Part shown: positions 46,586 to 55,749 of the stretch, one piece after another
Position numbering within the stretch: position 1 is the stretch's first letter
How the letters are laid out: each line of letters starts with the position of its first letter
Assembly: GCA_964544295.1 (NCBI GenBank)
Contig: CAZJBJ010000002.1
Coordinates: 11,494-75,493 of the forward strand
DNA length: 64,000 nucleotides
Source: an uncultured Bifidobacteriaceae bacterium
GTDB taxonomy: Bacteria; Actinomycetota; Acidimicrobiia; IMCC26256; JAENVU01
Direction: 5' to 3'
Position numbers and translations under genes: made by a program
The notes under the pieces: model-generated
Databases searched by the model: none
Told to the model about the DNA's origin: nothing
The model's input: only the letters and a program-made list of their open reading frames with translations

Positions 46586-46635
46586 GAACTTGCGTCAATA
46601 ACCCCGCGGATCGGCCGGGTTATCGACGCAAGTTC
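46586..46635. terminator. Bidirectional hairpin between convergent genes: 19-bp stem (1 mismatch), 12-nt loop
   Basis: GAACTTGCGTCAATAACCC ... GGGTTATCGACGCAAGTTC. The right arm reaches into the stop codon of the minus-strand gene. Confidence 0.6.
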
Positions 46636-47758
46636 AGAAGTTGTACGTGAAGCAGCGGTGGTCGAGGCGGCCTCGGGAGTAGTCCGGGTAGAGGCCGCCG
46701 TAGAGGAACCGGGTGCGTTCGGACCACGATTGGGCCTCGGGACTCGCCAGCCGGTGGACCACCTGGGTATAGCCGCCCGCGTACACCTGGTATTCGGCCC
46801 AGACGCCCATGTACTCCTTGACCGCACCGATCTCGACGAAGGGCACGTTGCGCGATTCCTCGAACCGGCGGATGCGGTTGCGGTGGGTGTGACCGGCGAA
46901 GTAGCCGACGACGTTCTCGCGCCGACCCACGACCGCGGCCAACGCCTCACTGCTGTCCGGGTCGATCCCGAAATAGTTGGTGGACCGCTCGGCCGCCCGG
47001 AGGTCCCAGACCTGGTGGTGACCGAAGACGAAGACCGGGCCGCCGGTCTCGGCCGCGGTGGCGTCGAGCCACGCGATTTGCTCCCTGGTGATCTGCCCAC
47101 CCGCGTCGCCGGGCCGCACGGTGTCGATCACCGCGAGGGTGACGCCGTTGAGCTCCACGGCATAAGGCGCGCCTTCGAGCGCGAGGGTCGGGTCCCGCAT
47201 CGCGTCGTGGTTGCCGCGCACGTGGTGCAGCGACTCGCCGAACGACGCGTACGTGTCGAGGAACGCCTGGTATTCCTCGTCGCTCCCGACGCAGGTGAGA
47301 TCGCCTTTGGCGATCACCGCGTCGGCTGCGAGTGCCTCGATCTCGGCGACCGCCGCCCGGTTCATGGTCACGGGGTACGGGTCCTCGCCCGGCTCGGCTC
47401 GCGCCCACGGGCCGAGTTCCTCCTCCGGGATGTTGTGGATCATGCCGCAGACGGTCTCGCCGAAGTGCACGTCGTTGACCGTCGCGAACGTCGCCAGCAG
47501 TTCGCCGGGCGGCTGGTCCAGCGTGTGCACCGCGGCCGGCATCTCGTCGGTGACCTCGGCCAGTCCCTCGATCGCGATCGAGTACTCGGTCGCCGGTTCG
47601 AGCCCGGCGACCGACACCACGTGGTACGGACCGGTGCTCACCGTTTCCCGATCGCCGACCTGCGTCGTGACCGTTACCCCCGGGTCGGTGACGAACGTGA
47701 CCGTGACCGTGCTCGGTCCGACGGTCGCGACCTCCGCGTCCCGGATCGTCGTGCTCAT
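46634..47758 (-). CDS. Metallophosphoesterase with an N-terminal FN3/purple-acid-phosphatase-like domain
   Basis: VNDVHFG, KGDLT, RGNHD, GHHQ, GHTHRN motifs. Confidence 0.85.
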   Translation of the reverse strand: MSTTIRDAEVATVGPSTVTVTFVTDPGVTVTTQVGDRETVSTGPYHVVSVAGLEPATEYSIAIEGLAEVTDEMPAAVHTLDQPPGELLATFATVNDVHFGETVCGMIHNIPEEELGPWARAEPGEDPYPVTMNRAAVAEIEALAADAVIAKGDLTCVGSDEEYQAFLDTYASFGESLHHVRGNHDAMRDPTLALEGAPYAVELNGVTLAVIDTVRPGDAGGQITREQIAWLDATAAETGGPVFVFGHHQVWDLRAAERSTNYFGIDPDSSEALAAVVGRRENVVGYFAGHTHRNRIRRFEESRNVPFVEIGAVKEYMGVWAEYQVYAGGYTQVVHRLASPEAQSWSERTRFLYGGLYPDYSRGRLDHRCFTYNF

Positions 47759-47988
47759 CCGACGCTTCGTCGACCCATCCGGCCCGAGAGCCGCCAGTCA
47801 CCGCGGGTCATGCCCGACCGACGGGCGGCGAGCCGGGACGCCGTCACCCAGTGCGAGGAGGGCGCGCCAGCATCCGCCGTCGGGGCGCCGGCCGGCATCA
47901 TCACGGTGAGCGCGGCGATGATCGCCGCGACCTCTTCGTCCGACGCGTTGGCGTCGATCACCTTGAGCACCGGTCCGTCGCCACCCAT
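47755..47988 (-). CDS. Acyl-CoA carboxylase epsilon subunit
   Basis: 77 aa, ...LKVIDANASDEEVAAIIAALTVMM...W, typical of AccE/PccE. The ATG overlaps the pccB stop (ATGA). Confidence 0.75.
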   Translation of the reverse strand: MGGDGPVLKVIDANASDEEVAAIIAALTVMMPAGAPTADAGAPSSHWVTASRLAARRSGMTRGDWRLSGRMGRRSVG

Positions 47989-49565
47989 CAGAGCGGGACG
48001 TTCCCGTGCTTGCGGGCCGGAACCTGTTCCTTCTTGCTGGCCAGCATCTCCAACGCGTCGGCGATCACCCGGCGGGTGTCGCGCGGGTCGATGACGTCGT
48101 CCACGTAGCCACGCTCGGCCGCGTTGTACGGGTTGGCGAAGCGCTCCCGGTATTCGACGTCCCACTGGGCCTTGCGTGCGACCGGGTCGTCGGACTCGGC
48201 GAGTTCGCGGCGCAGCAGGATGTTCGCCGCGCCGTTGGCGTCCATCACCGCGATCTCGGCCGACGGCCACGCGTAGGCGAGGTCGGCGCCGATCGACTTC
48301 GAGTTCATGACGACGAACGCGCCGCCGTAGCCCTTGCGGGTGATGATCTGGATACGCGGCACCGTCGCCTCGCAGTACGCGTAGAGGAGTTTGGCGCCGT
48401 GGCGGATGATGCCGTCGTACTCCTGGTTGGTGCCGGGGAGAAAGCCGGGCACGTCCACGAAGGTGACGAGCGGGATGTTGAACGCGTCACACGTCCGGAC
48501 GAAGCGCGCCGACTTCTCGGAGGCTTCGATGTCGAGACACCCGGCGAGCACCTTGGGCTGGTTGCCGACGATGCCGACGACCTTGCCGTTCACCCGACCG
48601 AACCCGCACACGATGTTCATGGCCCAGCGGGCGTTGACCTCGAAGAAGTCACCGTCGTCGACGACATCGGCGATGACCTCCTTCATGTCGTAGGGCTTGT
48701 TGGGCGCGTCGGGCAACAGATCGAGGATCGCGTCGCAGGCGCGGTCGCGCGGGTCGTCGGGCTCGAAGGCGGGCGGGTCTTCGAGGTTGTTCGACGGAAG
48801 GAACGAGAGCAGGTACCGCACCTGTTCGAGGCAGGTCGCCTCGTCGTCGTAGACGAACCCGGCCACGCCCGACTTCTGCGCGTGGGTCATCGCCCCGCCG
48901 AGCTCCTCCTGGGTGACGTCCTCACCGGTGGCCGCCTTCACCACGTCGGGACCGGTGATGAACATGTGCGAGGTGCCCTTCACCATGAAGATGAAGTCGG
49001 TCATGGCGGGCGAGTAGACCGCGCCACCGGCGCAGGGGCCGAGGATCACGCTGATCTGGGGGATGACTCCGCTCGCCTGCACGTTGCGGTGGAAGATGCC
49101 GCCGTAGCTCGCGAGCGACACGACACCTTCCTGGATGCGCGCCCCGGCACCGTCGTTGAGCCCGATGAACGGTGCGCCCGTACTCGCGGCGAGGTCCATC
49201 ACCTTGTGGATCTTCTCGGCGAACACTTCACCCAGCGCGCCGCCGAAGACGGTGAAGTCCTGCGCGAACAGGAACACCTTGCGCCCGTCGACGGTCCCCC
49301 AGCCGGTGACGACACCGTCGGTGAGCGGTCGGGTGTTCTCGATGCCGAAGCCGTGCGCGCGGTGGCGGGCGAGCATGTCGAGTTCGTGGAACGAGCCCGG
49401 GTCGAGGAGCAGGTCGATCCGCTCCCGGGCGGTGAGCTTGCCGCGACTGTGCTGGCGGGCGATCGACTCCTCGCTGCCCGCGTGCAGGGCCTGCTCGCGG
49501 CGCTCGGCGAGCTGGTCCATCAACTCGTGGATCGGGTGCGGGGTCGTCGGTTCCTGTGCAGCCAT
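47988..49565 (-). CDS. pccB: Acyl-CoA (propionyl-CoA) carboxylase carboxyltransferase beta subunit
   Basis: GKLTARERIDLLLD, FAQDFTVFGGALGE, GPCAGGAVYSPA, AWPSAEIAVM. ATG at 49565. Confidence 0.9.
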   Translation of the reverse strand: MAAQEPTTPHPIHELMDQLAERREQALHAGSEESIARQHSRGKLTARERIDLLLDPGSFHELDMLARHRAHGFGIENTRPLTDGVVTGWGTVDGRKVFLFAQDFTVFGGALGEVFAEKIHKVMDLAASTGAPFIGLNDGAGARIQEGVVSLASYGGIFHRNVQASGVIPQISVILGPCAGGAVYSPAMTDFIFMVKGTSHMFITGPDVVKAATGEDVTQEELGGAMTHAQKSGVAGFVYDDEATCLEQVRYLLSFLPSNNLEDPPAFEPDDPRDRACDAILDLLPDAPNKPYDMKEVIADVVDDGDFFEVNARWAMNIVCGFGRVNGKVVGIVGNQPKVLAGCLDIEASEKSARFVRTCDAFNIPLVTFVDVPGFLPGTNQEYDGIIRHGAKLLYAYCEATVPRIQIITRKGYGGAFVVMNSKSIGADLAYAWPSAEIAVMDANGAANILLRRELAESDDPVARKAQWDVEYRERFANPYNAAERGYVDDVIDPRDTRRVIADALEMLASKKEQVPARKHGNVPL

Positions 49566-49615
49566 AAGGCGGACACGATACCGGGCAGCGGGGGCCGGAG
49601 TTCCGGCCGGAGACC

Positions 49616-50419
49616 TCAGCCGAGCGGCTTCATGAAGGACCACAGTGCGCCCTCCAGATCGCGAGCGCTGTACTCCCGATATCCGTACGGCTGATCGACC
49701 GGCTCGTAGACGATCTCGGCGCCCTTGGCCTGGGCTCGACGGAAGTGTTCGTCGACATCTCCGACCATCACCGCCATGCTCGCGGTCGCAGCTCCGAGGG
49801 ACGCCGGCGAGGCGAGGCCGTAGGTGTCGGTCTCGGGGTGGAGCCACACCAGCCCGTCGCCGGCATGGAGTTCCGCATGGACGACGGTGCCGTCGGGCGC
49901 GGTGGTCACCTCACCGGGTTCGAACCCGAAGACATCGATGAGGGAGTCGTAGGCCGCTTGGAGATCTCGGTACACGAGGATCGAGATCCGTTGACGAACG
50001 AGTGAATCGAGCATGGTCATGTCCTCCAGGATGGTGATGAGATCGGCCGCGCGGGCTGCGTCGGCCTGGTCGATGCTGGCGAGCGCCGCGGTGAGGCGCG
50101 TTCGCACCCGCGAGGCCGAGGCGAGACGACGATCGACATCGTCGCGATGGTCACTCAGTGCTTGGTGCAGATCGGCGTGGGGATCGTCGAGCGTGCGCGC
50201 GATCTGGTCGAGCCCCATCCCGAGCTGGCGCAGTCGACACACCCGGTACAAACGGTCGACGGCTTCCGCGCCATACAGACGATGGCCGGCCGCGGACCGA
50301 GTGGTCGGTTGCACCAGGCCGATCTGTTCGTAGTGGTGCAGCGTGCGGACCGTCAGACCGGTCGCAGCCGCGAGATCGCCGACTCGCAACGGAAGTTCAA
50401 CCGTAGGTGCATCGTCCAT
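49616..50419 (-). CDS. MerR family regulator fused to a C-terminal VOC/glyoxalase-bleomycin-resistance domain
   Basis: LRVGDLAAATGLTVRTLHHYEQIGLV (MerR HTH), a coiled linker, then ISILVYRDL...HAELHAGD..V....YGYREYSARDLEG..W.F. Confidence 0.8.
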   Translation of the reverse strand: MDDAPTVELPLRVGDLAAATGLTVRTLHHYEQIGLVQPTTRSAAGHRLYGAEAVDRLYRVCRLRQLGMGLDQIARTLDDPHADLHQALSDHRDDVDRRLASASRVRTRLTAALASIDQADAARAADLITILEDMTMLDSLVRQRISILVYRDLQAAYDSLIDVFGFEPGEVTTAPDGTVVHAELHAGDGLVWLHPETDTYGLASPASLGAATASMAVMVGDVDEHFRRAQAKGAEIVYEPVDQPYGYREYSARDLEGALWSFMKPLG

Positions 50420-50490
50420 GCCCCGACCGTACGGCCTGACGTCGCGTCAGTTGCAAGCGCTTTCCCGAGGTTCTCGCGACCGACTGAGTG

Positions 50491-50892
50491 CTACTCCTGG
50501 ACGAGTTCGATCAGCGTGCCGAACGCACCCTTGGGGTGGACGAACGCGACCGTCGTGCCGCGACTCCCCGGACGCGGGGCCTCGTCGATCACGCGACCGC
50601 CGTTCGCCTTCACCCGCTCCAGCGCGGCGCCGCAGTCGTCGACCCGGTACCCGATGTGGTGGAGCCCCTCGCCCTTGTTGGCGAGGTACTTGGCCACCGG
50701 CGAGTCGTCGCGCGTCGGCGTGAGGAGCTGCACGTAGGAGTCCGCCACCTTGAGCAGCGCCTCTTCCACGCCGTCGCTCTCGACGACCTCGCGATGCTCG
50801 ACCGTGCACCCGAAGGTGTCGTGGTAGTACGCGATCGCGGCTTCGAGGTCGTTGACGGCGATGGCGACGTGGTCGATCTCAGTCAGTTGCAT
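50491..50892 (-). CDS. mce: Methylmalonyl-CoA / ethylmalonyl-CoA epimerase
   Basis: 133-aa VOC fold. IDHVAIAV.DLE.A...Y, GEGLHHIGYRVDD, AFVHPK...G.L.ELV. Confidence 0.85.
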   Translation of the reverse strand: MQLTEIDHVAIAVNDLEAAIAYYHDTFGCTVEHREVVESDGVEEALLKVADSYVQLLTPTRDDSPVAKYLANKGEGLHHIGYRVDDCGAALERVKANGGRVIDEAPRPGSRGTTVAFVHPKGAFGTLIELVQE

Positions 50893-50928
50893 GGCACGGA
50901 TGGTACCGAGTCGATTCCCCCGAAGGCG

Positions 50929-51495
50929 CTACGAAACCGACTTCAGCGTCACGACGAACCACAGCGCCTCGTCGGGTCCGATGTCCGCACCCTGACCCGT
51001 CGGCCCGTAGGCCAGGTCCGACGGAATTCCGAGCAACCGGACACCGCCGACCTTCATGCCGACGAGGCCTTCGGACCAACCCTTGATGACGCCGCTGAGG
51101 GCGAAGGTCGCGGGCTCACCTCGCGAGTACGACGAGTCGAAGATCTTGCCGGTCGAACAGGCCACCCCGATGTAGTCGACGGTCACCGTCGAGCTCGCCA
51201 CGACTTCGGCACCGTCACCGACCTCGAGGTCTTCCTTGATCAGTTCCGTGGGCGGCGGGCCGACCTTGACCGGCACTTCCGGCGCGCCGGCGGGGGCGTC
51301 GGAAGTGACCTCGGCGACGCAGGGCTTCCCGGCCGCCGAAGCCGGGTTCGTGGTCGAACTCGATGCCGGCGCGGCCGGGCCGGCCGGGTTCGTGGCGATC
51401 TTGCCGGGTGACGGGTCCGAACTCCCACAGGCGGCGAGTGCCAGTGCGATGACCGGGAGGACGGACGCGGACAAGCAACGGGAGAGCTTCTGCAT
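50929..51495 (-). CDS. FKBP-type peptidyl-prolyl isomerase lipoprotein
   Basis: Lipobox LAAC. VTVDY.G......FDSSY.RG.P..F.L..VI.GW.EGL.GMKVGG.R. Confidence 0.85.
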   Translation of the reverse strand: MQKLSRCLSASVLPVIALALAACGSSDPSPGKIATNPAGPAAPASSSTTNPASAAGKPCVAEVTSDAPAGAPEVPVKVGPPPTELIKEDLEVGDGAEVVASSTVTVDYIGVACSTGKIFDSSYSRGEPATFALSGVIKGWSEGLVGMKVGGVRLLGIPSDLAYGPTGQGADIGPDEALWFVVTLKSVS

Positions 51496-51565
51496 GCGAG
51501 CACGGTAGCGGGCCCGAACCCTGGTTGTGCAGGCATGTGGGCGGCCCTAGCCTCTGCGGGTCGCT

Positions 51566-52819
51566 GTGGGTCTGATGGGTCGGATGCGTCATCGTGTGGG
51601 ATTGGCCGCGCTGCTCGTCGCTCTCAGCGCGTGCTCGTGGACCATGGCCGGCCACGGGCCCGACCGGCGGGGGTGGAGCGGCGCTGAGACGGTGATCACC
51701 CCCGCGAATGTCGCGTCGCTCACCTCGAGCTACTCGATCAGCGCGGCGCCGAACTCGTCCGAAGTACTCGGCGACGGTTCTCGGATCGTCACGACCGGCG
51801 GCGGCGTCCAGGCCTTCGACCCGACCACGGCCACCAGTCAGTGGTCATCCGGAGGTGGCGCATCCGCACCTCCGGCTCTCCGTGACCAGACGATCGTGGT
51901 GCCGACGGGGTGCGCGGTCACGACCCGGAACGCGACCACCGGTGACACCACGGGCACGACCACCTTCGCGACACAGGTCGTCAACCCGCCGAACGACATC
52001 GAACTCTGCGGTATCGCCAGTTCGGTGGTGGAGGACAACGGCACGTTCCTCGTCAGCTGGTGGAAGGCCGGCCAGGGCCTGGCCATCCACTGCGGCACCG
52101 CCTGGTTCGTCGACACCGAGATTGCGGCATTCACTGCGACCCGGCAACCCATCTTCAGCGTGCAGCAGCGTGCGTCCGGGTGTGGCACTCCGCCGAGCGA
52201 CCTGTTGACCCGGCCCCGCTTCGGTGAGATCACCCGCACCGCCCATCACTACGTCGCGGTGTTCGGCGGCAACCTCGTCGGGATCCCGGACTCGTGCGCG
52301 GTCAGCTGCGGTATCGAGTGGAGCACGCCCGTGTCGGAACCAATCGGTCCCGCGGTGGCGATCGGCGGTGGCCGCGTCGCGATCGTGAACCGATCGGGCA
52401 CGATCGCCGTGCTCGACGAGCAGACCGGCAGTGAACAGTGGACCGGCTCGATCGGCACGAGTGCCACCTACTCGCTGGGCGCGACCGACGACTCCCTGAT
52501 CGCGGTCGGCACCGACACGAACACCCTGTACGCCTTCCGGACCACGGGCTGCGGCGCTCCGATCTGTTCGCCGAGTTGGCAGGCGCCGATGCCCGACGCG
52601 GCGGGCGCCCGACCGTCGATCGCGGGGAACGTGATCTATGTCGGCGGCGCCGGCGGCATTCTGAGCGCCTACGACGCACGAGGTTGCGGGTCACCTACGT
52701 GCACCGCACTCACCTCAAGGCCGGTATCCGCCGCGGTCACGGGACCCGTCACAGTGCTCTTCGGCCGAGTGTTCGTGCCGACCGCGACCGCCGTCGATAC
52801 GTTCGCTCTCCCGAGCTGA
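51566..52819 (+). CDS. Secreted PQQ-like beta-propeller (BamB/YfgL-like) lipoprotein
   Basis: Lipobox LSAC. Repeated G.V.A.D..TG...W blades and recurring C-x3/4-C pairs (CAVSC, CGAPIC, CGSPTC). The start could be the ATG at 51575 or 51584. Confidence 0.6.
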   Translation: MGLMGRMRHRVGLAALLVALSACSWTMAGHGPDRRGWSGAETVITPANVASLTSSYSISAAPNSSEVLGDGSRIVTTGGGVQAFDPTTATSQWSSGGGASAPPALRDQTIVVPTGCAVTTRNATTGDTTGTTTFATQVVNPPNDIELCGIASSVVEDNGTFLVSWWKAGQGLAIHCGTAWFVDTEIAAFTATRQPIFSVQQRASGCGTPPSDLLTRPRFGEITRTAHHYVAVFGGNLVGIPDSCAVSCGIEWSTPVSEPIGPAVAIGGGRVAIVNRSGTIAVLDEQTGSEQWTGSIGTSATYSLGATDDSLIAVGTDTNTLYAFRTTGCGAPICSPSWQAPMPDAAGARPSIAGNVIYVGGAGGILSAYDARGCGSPTCTALTSRPVSAAVTGPVTVLFGRVFVPTATAVDTFALPS

Positions 52820-52844
52820 CCGCGCGTCTCGGGACGCACGCTCA

Positions 52845-54194
52845 CTACGCGTGGCGTTGGAAGAGGGTGATCTCCGGAAGGAGCCGTTCCCGCATCTCGC
52901 CGTTGGTCACCCCGAGGCCTTCTTCGGGCGCCAGGCACAGGACGCCGAGCTTGCCCTCGTGCATGTTGTGGTGGACCTGGTACGCCGCCTCGCCGGTCTC
53001 GTCGAGCGTGAACACCTTGGACAGCGTCGGGTGCACCTTGCCCTCGCAGATGGCCCGGTTCGCCTCCCACGCTTCGCGGTAGTTCGCGAAGTGGCAGCCC
53101 TTCAGGGTCTTGAGGTTCATCCAGAGGTACCGGTTGTCGTACTCGATCATGAACCCGCTCGTGGCGGCGCACGTGATGATCATGCCGCCGCGCTTGGCGA
53201 CGAAGACCGACGCGCCCATGGTCTGGCGGCCCGGGTGCTCGAACACGATGTCGACGTCACGACCGCCGTTGAGCTCGCGGATCTTCTTCCCGAGCCGCCG
53301 CCACTCACCGGGGTCCTGTTCGGTGTCGCTCTTCCAGAAGTTGTAGCCCTCGGCCCGCCGGTCGATGACGGCGTCGATGCCCATCTCGTTCAGGAGCGCC
53401 ACCCGCTTCTCACTCGACACCACCGCGATGGGTGTGCCGCCGCCGTTCTTCACGTACTGGCAGGCGTAGGCGCCGATACCGCCGGTCGCGCCCCACACGA
53501 GCACGCTCTGACCCTGGGTCATGTGGGAACCGTTCGGGCTCACGATCATGCGGTAGCTGGTGCTGTTGCACAGCGCGTTGACCGCGGCCTCTTCCCAGGT
53601 CAGGTGCTCGGGCTTGGGCATCAGCTGGTTGGCCTTCACGACGCTGAGGTCGGCGAGACCACCGAAGTTGGACTCGAACCCCCAGATGCGCTGGTTCGCC
53701 GCCATCATCGAGTCGTCGTGCGCGGACGGGTCCTGGTCGTCGAGGAAGTTGCAGTGGACCGTCACCCGGTCGCCCGGCTTCCAGTTGCGTACCGCCGATC
53801 CGACGCGCAGCACCACCCCGGAAGCATCGCTGCCCATCACGTGGTACGGCTGGTCATGGCGGGCGCCCCACACGCTCTCCTTGCCGAGGCGCTTCAGGAA
53901 GCCGAAGGTCGGCAGCGGCTCGAAGATCGACGTCCACACCGTGTTGAAGTTGATCGAGCTGGCCATCACGGCCATCACGACCTCGTCCGGCGCGATCTCG
54001 GGAAACGCGAACTCCTCGACGTGGGTCGACACGCGCGGGTCCTTCGCCTCCGAGGCGAGGTCGGCGAACATCTCCTGCTCGTCGGCCTTGACCAGCGCAC
54101 CGCGCACGGCTTCGGGGATGGGCAGGGCGGCGAGTTCCTCACCGGGCGCGCCTTCGAGAATGGCGGAACGGATGGCATCGATCTCGGTCGTCAT
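52845..54194 (-). CDS. ccr: Crotonyl-CoA carboxylase/reductase
   Basis: 449 aa. SSINFNTVW, RIWGFE.NFGG.A, VLVWGA.GG.G, CHFANY.EAWEANR, typical of Ccr. ATG at 54194. Confidence 0.88.
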   Translation of the reverse strand: MTTEIDAIRSAILEGAPGEELAALPIPEAVRGALVKADEQEMFADLASEAKDPRVSTHVEEFAFPEIAPDEVVMAVMASSINFNTVWTSIFEPLPTFGFLKRLGKESVWGARHDQPYHVMGSDASGVVLRVGSAVRNWKPGDRVTVHCNFLDDQDPSAHDDSMMAANQRIWGFESNFGGLADLSVVKANQLMPKPEHLTWEEAAVNALCNSTSYRMIVSPNGSHMTQGQSVLVWGATGGIGAYACQYVKNGGGTPIAVVSSEKRVALLNEMGIDAVIDRRAEGYNFWKSDTEQDPGEWRRLGKKIRELNGGRDVDIVFEHPGRQTMGASVFVAKRGGMIITCAATSGFMIEYDNRYLWMNLKTLKGCHFANYREAWEANRAICEGKVHPTLSKVFTLDETGEAAYQVHHNMHEGKLGVLCLAPEEGLGVTNGEMRERLLPEITLFQRHA

Positions 54195-54411
54195 GGCCGA
54201 GGACGGTAGTGGCCGCCTCCGGTAGGGCCAAAACCGTCGGTGGACGGATGCGGAGTCGAGCAGCCCGGGAGCGAACGTCGCGTGCCCAACTCCGACGGAG
54301 TGTGAGCGGACGGGCAGACAGCTGGACGAAATGCCCGGGTGCAGGAGTACCATCGTGACCCCTACTCGTCGGTAACCCGAATCCGACGTCCAGCTCTCGA
54401 CGGGAGTCGCC

Positions 54412-55596
54412 ATGCCCGGTTCCGTGATCGTCTCCACCGCCCGCACGCCGATCGGCAAGCTCTCGGGTGCGCTCGCATCCTTCAGCGCGCAGGATCTCGG
54501 CGGTATCGCCATCAAGGGTGCGCTCGAGCGCGCCGGCGTCGACGCCGAGCAGGTGGACTACGTGATCATGGGGCAGGTGCTCCAGGCCGGTCAGGGCCAG
54601 ATCACCGCGCGGCAGGCGGCCCACAACGCGGGCATCCCGATGAGCGTCCCCGCGATCACCATCAACAAGGTGTGCCTCTCGGGCGTGAACGCGCTGTACC
54701 TGGCCGACCAGATGATCGCGTCGGGCGACGCGGAGGTGGTCGTCGCCGGCGGCATGGAGTCGATGACCAACGCGCCGTACCTGCTGCCCAAGGCGCGGGC
54801 CGGGTACCGCATGGGCAACGGCGAACTGATCGATTCGCTGATCCACGACGGGCTGTGGTGCGCATTCGACGCGGTGCACATGGGCGCCGGGACCGAGCAG
54901 TACTGCGGCACCTTCGGCGGCCTCACCCGTGAACTGATGGACGAGGCCGCGGCCAAGAGCCACGAGCGGGCGGCGGCGGCGATGAAGGACGGTCGGCTCG
55001 CCGACGAGATCGTCGGGGTGCCCGTGCCCCAGCGCAAGGGCGACCCGGTCATGGTCCTCGAGGACGAAGGCGTGCGGCCGGAGACGTCGATGGACTCGCT
55101 CGGCAAGCTGCGTCCGGCGTTCGCCAAGGACGGCGCGATCACCGCGGGCAACGCCTCGCAGATCTCCGACGGTGCCGCGGCACTGATCGTGATGAGCCGG
55201 GAGAAGGCCGAGGAGCTCGGTGCGACCCCGATCGCCGAGCTCGTCGGTTTCGGCATGGTGGCCGGCCCTGACCCCTCGCTGCTCACCCAGCCGTCACGAG
55301 CGATCAAGCGGGCGCTCGACCAGGCGAACCTGCCCCTGGCCGACGTCGACCTGTTCGAGCTGAACGAGGCGTTCGCCGCGGTCGGTTTGGCGTCGATGCG
55401 TGACCTCGGCATCTCCGACGACGTCGTGAACGTCAACGGTGGTGCGATCGCACTCGGTCACCCGGTCGGCATGTCGGGTGCCCGCATCGTCGGTTCGATC
55501 ATCCACGAGCTGCGCCGTCGTGGCGGTGGCCTCGGTGCCGCCGCCCTCTGCGGTGGTGGCGGCCAGGGCGACGCCGCGCTGATCCGGACTCTGTAG
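54412..55596 (+). CDS. Acetyl-CoA C-acetyltransferase (thiolase II)
   Basis: NKVCLSG (active-site Cys), NVNGGAIALGHP, CGGGGQG. Confidence 0.92.
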   Translation: MPGSVIVSTARTPIGKLSGALASFSAQDLGGIAIKGALERAGVDAEQVDYVIMGQVLQAGQGQITARQAAHNAGIPMSVPAITINKVCLSGVNALYLADQMIASGDAEVVVAGGMESMTNAPYLLPKARAGYRMGNGELIDSLIHDGLWCAFDAVHMGAGTEQYCGTFGGLTRELMDEAAAKSHERAAAAMKDGRLADEIVGVPVPQRKGDPVMVLEDEGVRPETSMDSLGKLRPAFAKDGAITAGNASQISDGAAALIVMSREKAEELGATPIAELVGFGMVAGPDPSLLTQPSRAIKRALDQANLPLADVDLFELNEAFAAVGLASMRDLGISDDVVNVNGGAIALGHPVGMSGARIVGSIIHELRRRGGGLGAAALCGGGGQGDAALIRTL

Positions 55597-55747
55597 GTTC
55601 GCGGCGTCCTGGCCGGGTTTGGTGCCAGGGCGACGCCGCGCTGATCCGGACTCTGTAGGTCCGCGGCGTCCTGGCCGGGTTTGGTGCCAGGGCGACGCCG
55701 CGCTGATCCGGACTCTGTAGGTCCGCGGCGTCCTGGCCGGGTTTGGT
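55562..55747. repeat. 62-bp tandem repeat, three copies (55562, 55624, 55686). Copy 1 contains the last 35 nt and the stop codon of the thiolase gene
   Basis: Copies 2 and 3 are identical. Copy 1 differs at one base (gttcgcgg vs gtccgcgg). Each unit can fold as GCCAG-bulge-GACGCCGCG / CGCGGCGTC-CTGGC followed by GGGTTTGGT. Confidence 0.9.
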
Positions 55748-55749
55748 GA

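Noticed and set aside
55562-55747. CRISPR array, or small ORFs (for example 55499-55840 minus), in the 62-bp repeat region.
   Set aside because: The repeats are directly abutting with no unique spacers, so this is not a CRISPR array. The ORFs spanning them are repeat-generated artefacts with Arg/Pro-rich translations.
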